Shown here piece by piece: positions 1 through 9,881 of a DNA stretch of 64,000 nucleotides (the first letter of the stretch is position 1; every line of letters starts with the position of its first letter). The notes beneath the pieces are model-generated. The model made no database searches. It was not told the DNA's origin and was given only the letters and a program-made list of their open reading frames with translations. Source of the DNA: a virus; IMG/VR virus record IMGVR_UViG_3300034024_000020, positions 1 to 64,000 of that record; one strand, written 5' to 3'. Position numbers and translations under genes: made by a program.

Positions 1-16
1 GCTAAGGTTTCTGGCC

Positions 17-31
17 GTTCCGGTTTTGTTC
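17..31. promoter_or_regulatory. Alphaproteobacterial LexA (SOS) box GTTC-N7-GTTC
   Basis: GTTC cggtttt GTTC matches the alphaproteobacterial LexA consensus exactly. Confidence 0.55.
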
Positions 32-240
32 CGGGGCGGCCGGACTTCCGGCCCCGCCGCCGCAGGCCGGGCCTCCCTAGAACTTAAATAGCACCACCTA
101 ATAACGCTGTCAAGCGAAAAGATTGCTTGACATAACTTTTTTCACCTAAGCAGAATATAGCACCTAGCGCCCGTTGCTCGCACTCGCTATTAAGATGGAG
201 CGGCGCACCCAGCCGCCACTAAACCAAAACGAGGTAAGTA

Positions 241-963
241 ATGGCAAAGAAAAAGTTTTTCCTAATCGCAGACACCGAAACAACTCAGACAGACAAGGTT
301 GCCGATATTGGCCTTGTTGTTTGCGATAAGCAGGGAAACATTCACCACGAAATCGGAATACTTGTCGGGGACTTCTTTTCCGACAGGGAAAACCACCCGC
401 TCTTTCATATTTACGGCGATAAGGGAGACATATTCAGTAAAGCAAGGCTTCCGGCCCGTTATCAGGCTTATGAGAACATGCTACAGGACGGAAGGCGCTA
501 TCTCGCCAGCGTCGGGGCAGTAAATCGCTGGCTTGCTAGGGCTAACGCCAAGTATCAGCCGGTTTTGACCGCCTATAACTTGGCTTTCGACAGGTCAAAA
601 TGCGCGAATAGTGGTATTGACTTGGATATGTTCGATCAAAGCTTCTGCCTCTGGCACGCTGCCGCTGAAAAGTGGGGACATACTAAGGCTTATAAGAACT
701 TTGTTCTGCAAAATCACTTTTTCGGGAACCGGACGGCTAAGGGTCATATGGGATACCAGACAAAGGCCGATTGCATGGCGAAATTCGTTCTTAACAATCC
801 CGGTTTGATTGACGAGCCGCATACGGCTTTGGAGGATGCTAGGGATTATGAGCGGCCTATTCTTGCGGCTTTGGTAAAGAATACTCCCGTCGCACAGTAT
901 ATGAACCCGAAAGCCTACAGCTATAGGGACTTTGTTGTTAGGGACCACTTCACGGCCATCTAA
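241..963 (+). CDS. DEDD/DnaQ-like 3'-5' exonuclease
   Basis: DTET (Exo I), AYNLAFD (Exo II), HTALEDA (Exo III); GAGG RBS. Confidence 0.85.
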   Translation: MAKKKFFLIADTETTQTDKVADIGLVVCDKQGNIHHEIGILVGDFFSDRENHPLFHIYGDKGDIFSKARLPARYQAYENMLQDGRRYLASVGAVNRWLARANAKYQPVLTAYNLAFDRSKCANSGIDLDMFDQSFCLWHAAAEKWGHTKAYKNFVLQNHFFGNRTAKGHMGYQTKADCMAKFVLNNPGLIDEPHTALEDARDYERPILAALVKNTPVAQYMNPKAYSYRDFVVRDHFTAI

Positions 964-986
964 TCGCAAAAAAGTGAAAAAAGTTG

Positions 987-1015
987 TTGACGGGGGCAAA
1001 AACCCTCCCTAAGAC
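987..1015 (+). promoter_or_regulatory. sigma70-type promoter upstream of A2-like gene
   Basis: TTGACG-17 nt-TAAGAC with upstream A-tracts. Confidence 0.55.
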
Positions 1016-1068
1016 AGAGGAACGGCGGGGGGCTCATCCCCCGCCGACAACCGACGAAGGAAAATAAA

Positions 1069-1437
1069 ATGGCGACTGCCAAAACTCCGAATTTCACTCC
1101 CGATCAGGAAGCCTCGATCCGGGCCGCTTCCGAAGCCGGTCCCCTCAATCTCGACGTTGCCACCCGCCTCGGCGCGGAGATGGGCAAGTCCTATCGCTCG
1201 ATCGTCGCGAAAATCACCCGCATGGGGCTTCCCTACCAGTCGAAGCAGCCGACGACCAAGACCGGCTCGCCGGTCACGTCGAAGTCGAAGCTTCGTGACG
1301 CCATCGCCGCAATCGTCGGCGGCAATCTGGACGGCCTCGAAAAGGCCCCCAAGCCGGTGCTTCAGCGCCTCGCGAATTTCGTGGAGGACGCGGCGGCGAC
1401 CCTCGATGACGGGGAGGACGAAGCCGAAGCGGCCTAG
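1069..1437 (+). CDS. T5 A2-like pre-early DNA-binding protein
   Basis: MxxAKT..F start and RSIVAKI...YQ motif resemble T5 A2; good RBS; GC-rich codon usage. Confidence 0.65.
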   Translation: MATAKTPNFTPDQEASIRAASEAGPLNLDVATRLGAEMGKSYRSIVAKITRMGLPYQSKQPTTKTGSPVTSKSKLRDAIAAIVGGNLDGLEKAPKPVLQRLANFVEDAAATLDDGEDEAEAA

Positions 1438-1744
1438 CCGCTAGGGGGCGGCGGCATGGGTTCCTTAACCCTCGCCCGATAGGGCAACCGCCGTCCCCGC
1501 ATTTTTCTCTTGACAAGCCGCTAGGTTGGCGGTAATCATAAGGAACAGAGTTTCGGCCTCGCTTCGGCGGGGTCGGAACTTCGTTCCGACCGCGATTTTT
1601 GAGCGCGCTACTCCCATTATGACAGGTATTTTTCTTTTGTCAACCCCATCTTTTCTCTTGCGTGAAAGATTTTTTGCTGTAGAAGAGAGTTATCGGAAGC
1701 GGAAAGGAAAGGAACAGCCGGAACGCCAAGAAAGAGAACGCGGG

Positions 1745-2240
1745 ATACAATGCAGGCATGGAAGTATGGCTTAGGCTTGATCAGATGTGTTAACCTGCTG
1801 CGGTTGAATGGTTACTCTATAGGGGCCTCACCCTGAATAAAGTTGATGTGCCGTTGGCGGTTAGCCAAGCGTTATAATCAAGAAACCTAGATGGGAGGGG
1901 GTGGCCACCCCCTCCCATTGAAACCCCGAGATTATTTTTGTTAGGTAATATCCCAAACCCCTTGTGGGTCAAGTCTTAGCCAAGAGCGAAGGTTGCAACT
2001 GCGGGAGAAAAGCCTAACTGGGTCAAGCGCCTCTGACCGAGAAAAACTAGCGTTAACAGTTCTTTTGTCCGGAGTTTAGCTAATTCCGGTGGTTTGCACG
2101 ATAGCCCTCGGTTAATATCCGCGTATGGGACAAAAAACCAGAAGTATAGACCTAGATAGTGTTCGCCTTCGGACTTGTTCCAAAAGGGACCTTACTAAAT
2201 GCTAGGCTAGGGGTGGCAAAGGTATGACCCACCCTACTTA
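1745..2240 (+). ncRNA. Putative structured non-coding RNA (~500 nt)
   Basis: No ORF of 60 aa or more spans it; many hairpins (atgggagggggtggccaccccctcccat, ggtca/tgacc, ttttgtcc/ggacaaaa, cctag/ctagg, gggtgg/ccaccc). Strand assumed. Confidence 0.5.
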
Positions 2241-2341
2241 ACACAGGTTAGTCACTTTTCCCTTGACGGACCAAACTAATTTCCCTACCCTAGAGAGACA
2301 GAAGGACCGCTGACTTGGATCGGCGGTCGGACTTCCGACCG

Positions 2342-2427
2342 GAACAAAACGTGATCAAACCAGGAACAGGGCCAGGACGAAAGCAGAACAAAACGAGAAC
2401 AAACCGGGAACAGAACAAAACGAGAAC
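2342..2427. repeat. 11-bp-phased GAAC tandem array (overlapping LexA-type GAAC-N7-GAAC boxes)
   Basis: GAAC/GATC/GGAC at 2342, 2353, 2364, 2375, 2386, 2397, 2408, plus a second-phase pair at 2413 and 2424. Confidence 0.75.
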
Positions 2428-2467
2428 GAGCATGATATGTTATATCATCGCGCTATGCGCCGACGTA

Positions 2468-2526
2468 AGTAGTACGTCAACAACTATTTTTACATGCACC
2501 CAGTAGTACGTCAACAACTATTTTTA
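2468..2526. repeat. Direct repeat agtagtacgtcaacaactattttta x2
   Basis: Two exact ~25-nt copies; each reads AAAAATAGTTGTTGACG on the minus strand, like the -35 half of the phage promoter. Confidence 0.8.
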
Positions 2527-2848
2527 GTAGTTGGTCAATTAAGGTTAAATTCAGCAAAGCTTAAAATTTTTGCTGATTTCGCGTCAAAAGCCGCTTACTT
2601 TAAGTTTAGCAGAGTTTTCAGCATTTGTCAAGACTTATTTTAGCTTATGTTGACTTGATTGCCCCCGTTTGCTTTAAAGTGATTTTCGATCCGCGCGGCG
2701 AGGCTTTGGATGGGCAAATTAGGCATATCTTGCGCTCATTTGAAAAATTGCACCGAAATTATTTCGCAGCAAACCCCTCCTCCACATTTTTACAACTACC
2801 GTTTTTGCTATTAAGTACTTAATCAACTAGTACTAGGTCAACTGAATT

Positions 2849-2883
2849 TAGTTCTTGACAATTTGACCCGCTTTTGCTAAGAT
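2849..2883 (+). promoter_or_regulatory. First copy of the recurrent phage early promoter (TAGTTCTTGAC-N17-TATAAT-GGG family)
   Basis: TTGAC starts at 2855, 3089, 5471, 8444, 11351, 13005, 14779, 15491, 15916, 17536, 18436, 20983, 22196, 24650, 25561, 28775, 31829, 34436, 35562, 37242, 38966, 40297, 42646, 45154, 46815, 49284, 53522, 56559; minus-strand copies near 5396 and 24605. Confidence 0.9.
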
Positions 2884-4163
2884 GAAGGCTAAGGAGAGAA
2901 AGATGAGTCATATTTATTCAGCCCCTAACTCAGCAGAAGTTCTAGAAGGCTTACTTTATCACATGAATGATTATGATGACGAAGTAAAAGCTGCTCTAAA
3001 GCTAATATCCGAGCGACATGATGTGCTAAGAGACTTGGCAAACTTCTGGCGTTATGGATACCCCCACGAGAGAGACTGAATTTAGTTCTTGACTTTGCAA
3101 CCCAAAGTCTCTAAGATGGGTCTTAAGAACGGGAGAATAGGCAATGCAGGACCGATATAACGAAATCTATGCAGTAGGAAAAGAGCTAGGCTATAAGGCT
3201 ATGACTGCGCTCGATCAGATGCTGGTTGACACGATGGACAAGAGTGGGCTTACCGATGATAACGATCGGGATGCTTTCACTGAAGGCTTCTGGAATGGAA
3301 TTATATAATGGAATTCGTTGGTAACGGACTTGTATTTTTGTTCTCATGTGTCCTAATCTTCATAACCGTTGTGTTATGGGGATCAGTTGGGATGTCTTTC
3401 GCAGATAGTAAAGGCTGGAACTTCACGCGAATTGTAGCTTTCGTGGTAACCGCTATTCCGGCCACCTTAGGTGGATGGCTTATCTATCTTATGGGATTTT
3501 AAAATGAGCAGACTTCCATTAGTTGTTGTATTCTTGGCAGCATCAATTCTGCTGTTTATTATTAGTATAAATCATAATTCTATGGATGCTAGGATATTTT
3601 CTGCTATTACTCTATTTGCTGCTTTGGTAGCGGCTTTTAAAAAGGATAAAGAATAATGGGACTTTTTGAACTAGATAATATTGATGAGGTTACTGATCTC
3701 ATCGACCTAATTGAAGCTCACGGCGACGACCGTAAGTTCGCAGACCTTTATGAGCGACTCTGCGAGTATCGCGACGATTATGAGGATATGTAAATGATTG
3801 GTGTAATTGTATTCTTTTTAAGCCTTTTCGCAGTCATCTATCTTGAGTGGAGACTGTGGGAATGGGACACGGAAAGGTATGGACCAGATACTGCTCTTAA
3901 TCAGGCGTTTTTCTGGACAGCTACACTTGCAATTCCAATAATTGCAGCAGTCAACTTTTTCTATATGATAAGTATGATTTATGGCAAGATTAACATCCAA
4001 TGATGGGCTTAATAGGAATTGTGATGATCGCTGCCGGGCTAGCTATGATAGTAGAGGATAGACATGCCTACTATAGCTACTAAATTCGCTGTCTTCCATA
4101 GCATGAGTGACGAAGACCTTAATAACAAACCAGAAAACGCCTTTATAGGGATTTGTAACGAAG

Positions 4164-4961
4164 ATGTGGCCACTTTCCTTAAAGCGCGCGGGCTTGAACG
4201 AGACGATGTTAGAATATTCTGGGAGTGCTAAAAGGCCTCTCCGAATTGACAAGCTATTTGGCTCTGACGTAATTGATCGCAAATATGATATTGAAACGCA
4301 GCGGACTACATATAGGCTAGCGGACGGGCGAAAGTATCATCGTTATTATGACGAAGATCATTTCTATCCAAGCACCCAGCCAGCGCGCTCCGCGCGCAAG
4401 ACCAGTGTTGTGACGAATCGCTGTCCAGGATGTGGTTATTCTCCTTGTGAGTATAATTGCTACTCATATTATGAGGAAAATGGAGTCGATCTTTATAAGA
4501 GCACCCTAGGCTTCGATCATCTTTGCTCCCTAGGTAAATGTCGAACCTGTCGTCGCAAACCAGAAAAATGCCAATGTGGAGCTTATGTGAGCTTTGAGCT
4601 TCAGCGTACTAAAGAACGCCTGAGAGAACATGCTCGACTTAAACAAGCTCAGCTAGAGGCTAAAGCTGAAGCAGATCATATCTGCAATTTACTAGAGCAA
4701 ATCCGTCATAAGACAATCTCCAGCACGCATGACTCCATTCTCGATGATTTCGACCGTCGCTGGCGTGCTGAAATTGAGAAGAAGAATATTGGGCGCGTTG
4801 TTCAAGCTATAGCGCTTGAAATAGCTCGTATCACTGCTCAATATAGAGAAGCTTCTGCCATTCACGCTATGAGGGAATTTGAAACTCAAGGTCGTTTCAT
4901 TCAAGCTGTCTATGGCAAATCGTCTCTAGAAACAGAAATTGACGCTATTCTAGCATCGTAG
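4164..4961 (+). CDS. Hypothetical Cys-rich protein (start uncertain)
   Basis: Long ORF with CPGCGYSPC and CRTC...CQC motifs; followed by a terminator. Confidence 0.6.
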   Translation: MWPLSLKRAGLNETMLEYSGSAKRPLRIDKLFGSDVIDRKYDIETQRTTYRLADGRKYHRYYDEDHFYPSTQPARSARKTSVVTNRCPGCGYSPCEYNCYSYYEENGVDLYKSTLGFDHLCSLGKCRTCRRKPEKCQCGAYVSFELQRTKERLREHARLKQAQLEAKAEADHICNLLEQIRHKTISSTHDSILDDFDRRWRAEIEKKNIGRVVQAIALEIARITAQYREASAIHAMREFETQGRFIQAVYGKSSLETEIDAILAS

Positions 4962-5000
4962 AAAAAGGCTCTAGTAGAAAACCTACTAGAGCCTATTTTC
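4961..5000. terminator. Bidirectional intrinsic terminator
   Basis: aaaaaggctctagtag-aaaac-ctactagagcctatttt. Confidence 0.75.
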
Positions 5001-5197
5001 ATTTCTCGACGCCGCGCGCCTCCACCTTTCTAGAATTTCGGATAAATTGGCCCCATCCGAGAACGGATTATCAATCCATCCTTAGTCCATTAAAAATGCA
5101 TTAGTAAGCATATAAGTAATGGTCTGCTTTAGCAGACGCAATGCGATGAGGAGATTAAAAATTGGGCGCTGCCTACTTCGTAGATTAGCTTCCAATT

Positions 5198-5361
5198 TAG
5201 ATTGGTTGTACGATTAAGTAGCTTCGGGGTCATCTACTAAATCATATCTCAGATCGAGGCCAGGGAGCCTCCCTTGAATTCCGGCTCCCTGGATCTCAAT
5301 TCGATTAAGATTTAAGGTGACCCAATCCACTTAATCTTCAATTGACATCCAATCTGTAACT
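5198..5361 (-). ncRNA. Rod-shaped putative ncRNA transcribed leftwards
   Basis: Minus-strand promoter (TTGACT 5396-5391, TATTAT 5373-5368) followed by nested inverted repeats agattgg/ccaatct, gattaagt/acttaatc, gggtca/tgaccc, ccagggagcc/ggctccctgg. Confidence 0.55.
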
Positions 5362-6381
5362 AGTTACATAATATCACACCTTTTCCCAAAAGTCAAGAAC
5401 TTTTTTCGTGAGGTATGGAAAAGGCTAGCTCGATTGCAGCTGATTATTTGAGCATTCGCTTCGATAGTTCTTGACATAATGCCCGTTTTCGCATATAATG
5501 GGAGCTTAAGGAGAGAGAAATGGCCTTTGAAAATGTTAACCTTAAGCGCACCATGCCAGCTGGGTTCGAAGAGCGTATTAGGGATATCATCAATGCTGTT
5601 CCGGGTATGGAAGCTGAAGAGCTTTTGGACCTATATTTTGAGCACGCTAGGAAAAATTACACGGATATGAAGCAGATTGTAATTAACTGCAAGCTTCTAG
5701 CCGAATTGAAGAACGAAATGATGGAGAGAATGTCGTGAGTGATCTAGCTGGTTGGAGTGAAACTATCAAGCGAATTGGTGAAGATAGTCGCCTAAAAGAA
5801 TTGGCTGACGCTGCACAATTTCGCGAAGATATGATCGACATGCTAGCTCATGATCGGGAACAGTCGGCAGATATTCTGCTTAATACTTATGTTTGGGCTA
5901 TCAACGGAAGCTACGGTATGAACCCTATGGCTAGAGCTAAAGCACAATATGCGGATGCTGTTAGAGCTATTATTCTCGAAAGGATGAATTGATGAAGGTT
6001 TGGGTTGAAGGACAAGAGTCTATCGCTCTGCATGAGGATATTATTCGCCTCAATCAGGAGAATATTGAGCTTCGTGATGAAGTCCGAAAGTGGCAGGAAA
6101 TCTCTATGAAGATGACGGAAATGGCTGAGCGATTGGCTAATCTTCTTCTAGACTCGGTGGAGGAAGCACATGAGCTTCGCTGATGAACTTAATGAGGCCC
6201 TAGATGAAGTGGCGGGACGAGCTTCCAAGAATAATAGCCGAAAACCACGCGAGGAGACTCGCCTTAGCCCCATTGAGAGCAAAGTGGGACGCAGAAGCTG
6301 AGTTCAAGCGTAATGCTAGACGTAAGCTTGCTTCGCGCTTGGCGGAGATTGAATTGTCTCCAGAAGAAAGAGTTTATTTGA

Positions 6382-6750
6382 ATGAGTATTTGTCATGATT
6401 TTATGTGGCGACTAAGACGTTTCCTTGGAGTTCCGATGAGCGAGAGCGAAGCTTTGACTTCGCTCGTTTGCTTGGATATTGTAACCAACTATCACGATTG
6501 GACCTTGGAAGATAGATGTTATGGGTGTGAAATTCGCCCTACTAATTGGAATTCAAAGCTTCCTCTAGTCAAGGCTCGTAAGGGTGACATATTTTACTGT
6601 GAATGTAAGATTGGAAACATTCCGATCACTTCAGGCCAATTTAGGCGTATCTTTAATCTTTACAAGAAGCAATATGACGTAATAGAAAGAAAAGCTTTAA
6701 GTAAAGAATTTGACAAGACTGTGGATTTCCTGCTAGAGAGGCGTAAATGA
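6382..6750 (+). CDS. Hypothetical protein
   Basis: ORF coupled to its neighbours in an early operon. Confidence 0.6.
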   Translation: MSICHDFMWRLRRFLGVPMSESEALTSLVCLDIVTNYHDWTLEDRCYGCEIRPTNWNSKLPLVKARKGDIFYCECKIGNIPITSGQFRRIFNLYKKQYDVIERKALSKEFDKTVDFLLERRK

Positions 6751-7334
6751 TTATTGAAATGTTCGTAATCAGCTGTTTTATGATGGCTATAGGTGGCAGT
6801 GCTATTGCTACCGCAAATGTGGGTCATGAGCCAAAGAAGACAGAGCAGCTCATCTTTACGCCGCCCAGCGGCGGTTCCGCTGTCAAGAAAAAGCCCGTAA
6901 AGTACAGCGAGAAAGACCTTCTCGTCGCGCTAGTCATTGACGAAATTCGCAAAAATCCAAATCAGTGGAAGAGCGAAGAAGTCCATAAGAATCAGTGGAG
7001 GGGCTCTTACTATGAGACTCTAGCTGATCGCACAAATAAGATTGTCGTTCGGAGAAATCATTGCTGGCACATTGGCAGTGATCACAAGGACGACTGTTGG
7101 ATCAACGAGGTTCGCATTACTGGTAAGGACTTCCTTGAAATTAAGGAGGTCTTCGATCAGAAGAACCTCCGTGACGAAGTTGAGAGGCTTTCTCAGCGTC
7201 GCATTTCAAGGGAGCTACAAAATGAGACGGTCAACAACACAACGCCGCTTCTTAGCTATGAGGGAAGCAGCCTTGATGAAATTGAACTCTATACTAGACA
7301 GGCACTCCAGCCTATTTACAACAGAAGAACTTGA
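6747..7334 (+). CDS. Hypothetical protein with N-terminal membrane anchor
   Basis: ATGA overlap, GAGG RBS, hydrophobic N-terminus. Confidence 0.65.
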   Translation: MIIEMFVISCFMMAIGGSAIATANVGHEPKKTEQLIFTPPSGGSAVKKKPVKYSEKDLLVALVIDEIRKNPNQWKSEEVHKNQWRGSYYETLADRTNKIVVRRNHCWHIGSDHKDDCWINEVRITGKDFLEIKEVFDQKNLRDEVERLSQRRISRELQNETVNNTTPLLSYEGSSLDEIELYTRQALQPIYNRRT

Positions 7335-7702
7335 GTTCCTGAAAGGACATTTGGTATGACTGTAAAACGTGTGTATCATATTACAGCTGGCCATCGTGAA
7401 TTAACTTACGATGGTAAATTCCTCAGGATTGACGATAAAGTCAGTTTTGGAAACGCTTGGATTGATCAATTCATTGATGGCATCAATGAATTGAGAGCAG
7501 CCAGACAGAAGGACGAAATACGTGGCAGCTAAAAGATCTTTAACGGAGAGTATTAACGGAACCACACTCTTCATTGACCACGAAACTGTTCGCATTTTTA
7601 ATGGTAGAGAAATTACTCTATCCCTATACGGTATACATGCGAAACAATTTATGAATTTCGTAATTGAGGCACAAGCCTTCATCGAGGCGGAAAGAATTAG
7701 AA

Positions 7703-8116
7703 ATGCCAATTAAGATGTATTGTATCTTCTCGGAAGAGTCGGTACGAGCTATGCAAGGTAATAGAGGTAAGATGTGTGCTCAGGCTGGGCATGCATTTCT
7801 ACATTCTTATTGGGATAATATGGATCGTTTTAGTGAGTTTAATCTCAAAGACGATCCTGATGTTATCGATCATGCTATGCGTGTTCGCCAAGACTATGAA
7901 TTTGGTGATGACGCTCGCAAGATCACCTTAATCACTCCAACAACTGACGATCTTCGTCGGCTAGTAGAGAAATATCGTCCTATTACTGGTGTCACTCTCG
8001 TGGAAGATTGTGGATATACCGTAGTTGAGCCCGGCACGATTACCTGTGCTGGTATTGGACCCCTTCGTGACGAAGACAAGGACGATGAACTTAGAAGCCT
8101 AAGGATTTTCACGTGA
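7703..8116 (+). CDS. Peptidyl-tRNA hydrolase, PTH2 family
   Basis: GKMCAQAGHA and EDCGYT...PGTITCAGIGP motifs. Confidence 0.85.
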   Translation: MPIKMYCIFSEESVRAMQGNRGKMCAQAGHAFLHSYWDNMDRFSEFNLKDDPDVIDHAMRVRQDYEFGDDARKITLITPTTDDLRRLVEKYRPITGVTLVEDCGYTVVEPGTITCAGIGPLRDEDKDDELRSLRIFT

Positions 8117-8492
8117 TTGTATCCACCCTTGAAGTAGATCTAGGAAACAATTATACAGCTAAATGGCGTTCCGACAGGAATATGGTTGAACTTCTAAATG
8201 GACAGCGATCCATCGTCCTAGTTGAAGAGCGCGATCTAGAGCGTATGATGGCTCTCTTTAACGAAGGTCGTGCACTAGAGGAAGTTAGGAAAAGGCTTAA
8301 AGCATGAACATTATGATACTAGCAAAAGGCACAACGGAGTCATTGTAAGGGACGACGCAGAAGAGCCTTATGTTTCAATCATCAAGACGGAAGATGGTAG
8401 ATATCTTTTAACTACTGAATGCCAGTATTCACTTAAATAGTTCTTGACTTTGCGACCCAATCTCGCTATACTGGGGCAACAAAGGGCGAGAT

Positions 8493-8774
8493 ATGTATTA
8501 CACTTTTCGGATCAAGCAGGAAAATCCATTCCAACGGGTGGAAGTTGCTAAGTGGGACGAACACGACTCACATCCGCTAGAGGTTTACGAGGTTCTTCCC
8601 GAGGGTAGGCCGGGACGAGGTATGTGCTCGTGCCCGGCTTACGTTGTTTGTAAGCATACAAAAGCAGTTCTAGAAGCTCGAAAAGATGGAAAGATCAAAG
8701 AGCTCTGGAATTGGTATTGGGACGAGAAATTGGGTTGGCAAAGGACAAAGGATATTCAATATGCTAGTGATTGA
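8493..8774 (+). CDS. SWIM-type zinc-finger protein
   Basis: CSCPAYVVCKH motif; follows the promoter at 8444. Confidence 0.65.
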   Translation: MYYTFRIKQENPFQRVEVAKWDEHDSHPLEVYEVLPEGRPGRGMCSCPAYVVCKHTKAVLEARKDGKIKELWNWYWDEKLGWQRTKDIQYASD

Positions 8775-9524
8775 TCCACCAAGTGGCTGGAAGTATGGGT
8801 TTCCTAAGCCTTATGACAATCCTAATAAGATAGAAGCTAATCTGTGGCTGGCTTTGAATGGCTATCCGCTAGACGAAGTTCGATATTGGGTTGAAGCTAG
8901 AGGCGGTGTGCCTTGCAGGTTTTGGGAGCACAGAGATGCAACTGACGTGTGAAGTTTGCAAAGAAAACGAAGCTATCGGTGTGGCATCTTCGTGCCTAGG
9001 CCCAATGTCTAACGCATATTGTAAGCGTTGTCTTGAACATCAAGCTGAGCCTCTGTGGATGTTTGAATGCACATTAGAGGAAGTTGGCGAAGAGGTTGCT
9101 GAGTGGGTCAAGCAGCTTACGACTTATATAGACGGTACCTATGTTACTTGGGATGAGTTTGCAAATGCTCGACGGAATGACGGTGGAGATACTATCTAAC
9201 GGTTTCATTGGCGGAGCAACGCTAGAAACTGACGGATACTATGTCCTAGTTATAAACAGAGAATTTGGTCCTTTCGAAGAGGATGAGTTACAGCTTATTG
9301 GAAATCCCTACCCGGAGATGGAAAATGGATAAGTGGTACCCTGGCAAGAAACCAGATAGATTCGAACTTCTAGAGATGGAAAATGCTAGACTTAAAGCAG
9401 AGTTGGCCAGGTGTCAAAAGAGACTTCTTGAATATAGCTGGCAGGTAAATCCAGATCGAAGCGGGGGTCAATTTGACTACCGTGATTATGAGCAACTAGA
9501 ACGTGGTAGACAAGGAATTTTTGG

Positions 9525-9881
9525 ATGAGTGGATTTGGTGGTTTCATTATGGGAGCCGGTGTTGTAATCTTTGTGGCGGCAATGTTGTCGGGTGGCGAAC
9601 CCGAAGCTAAGGCCGTTGATGGCAAACCTAAAGTCGTAACTGTTACAAAAGTGGTCGAGAAGAAGATTCCCTTCGACCGGGCTGGACGTTGTATGAGCCT
9701 ACAAGAAAAGGGCGAGGTTCAAGCTGTTGCCGCATATGAGGGTGATAGGAATAGTAGTCTAGTTACCTTTAAAATGTCTAATGGATTTACGCGAGTTTGT
9801 GAATTTAAAGGTACAGACTATAGGTCCAATCTTAAAGAGGGAATGGTTCTAGTTACTCGTGGAGGTGAAAGGATTCTCTAA
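9525..9881 (+). CDS. Hypothetical membrane-anchored protein
   Basis: N-terminal TM segment; coupled ORF. Confidence 0.6.
   Translation: MSGFGGFIMGAGVVIFVAAMLSGGEPEAKAVDGKPKVVTVTKVVEKKIPFDRAGRCMSLQEKGEVQAVAAYEGDRNSSLVTFKMSNGFTRVCEFKGTDYRSNLKEGMVLVTRGGERIL

Noticed and set aside
2315-2506. 63-aa ORF with EQNKTRT repeats
   Set aside because: A by-product of the GAAC DNA repeat array; TTG start and low-complexity product
2342-2526. Possible CRISPR array
   Set aside because: Repeats are 4-nt cores at 11-bp period or a single 25-nt duplication; no repeat-spacer architecture and no cas genes
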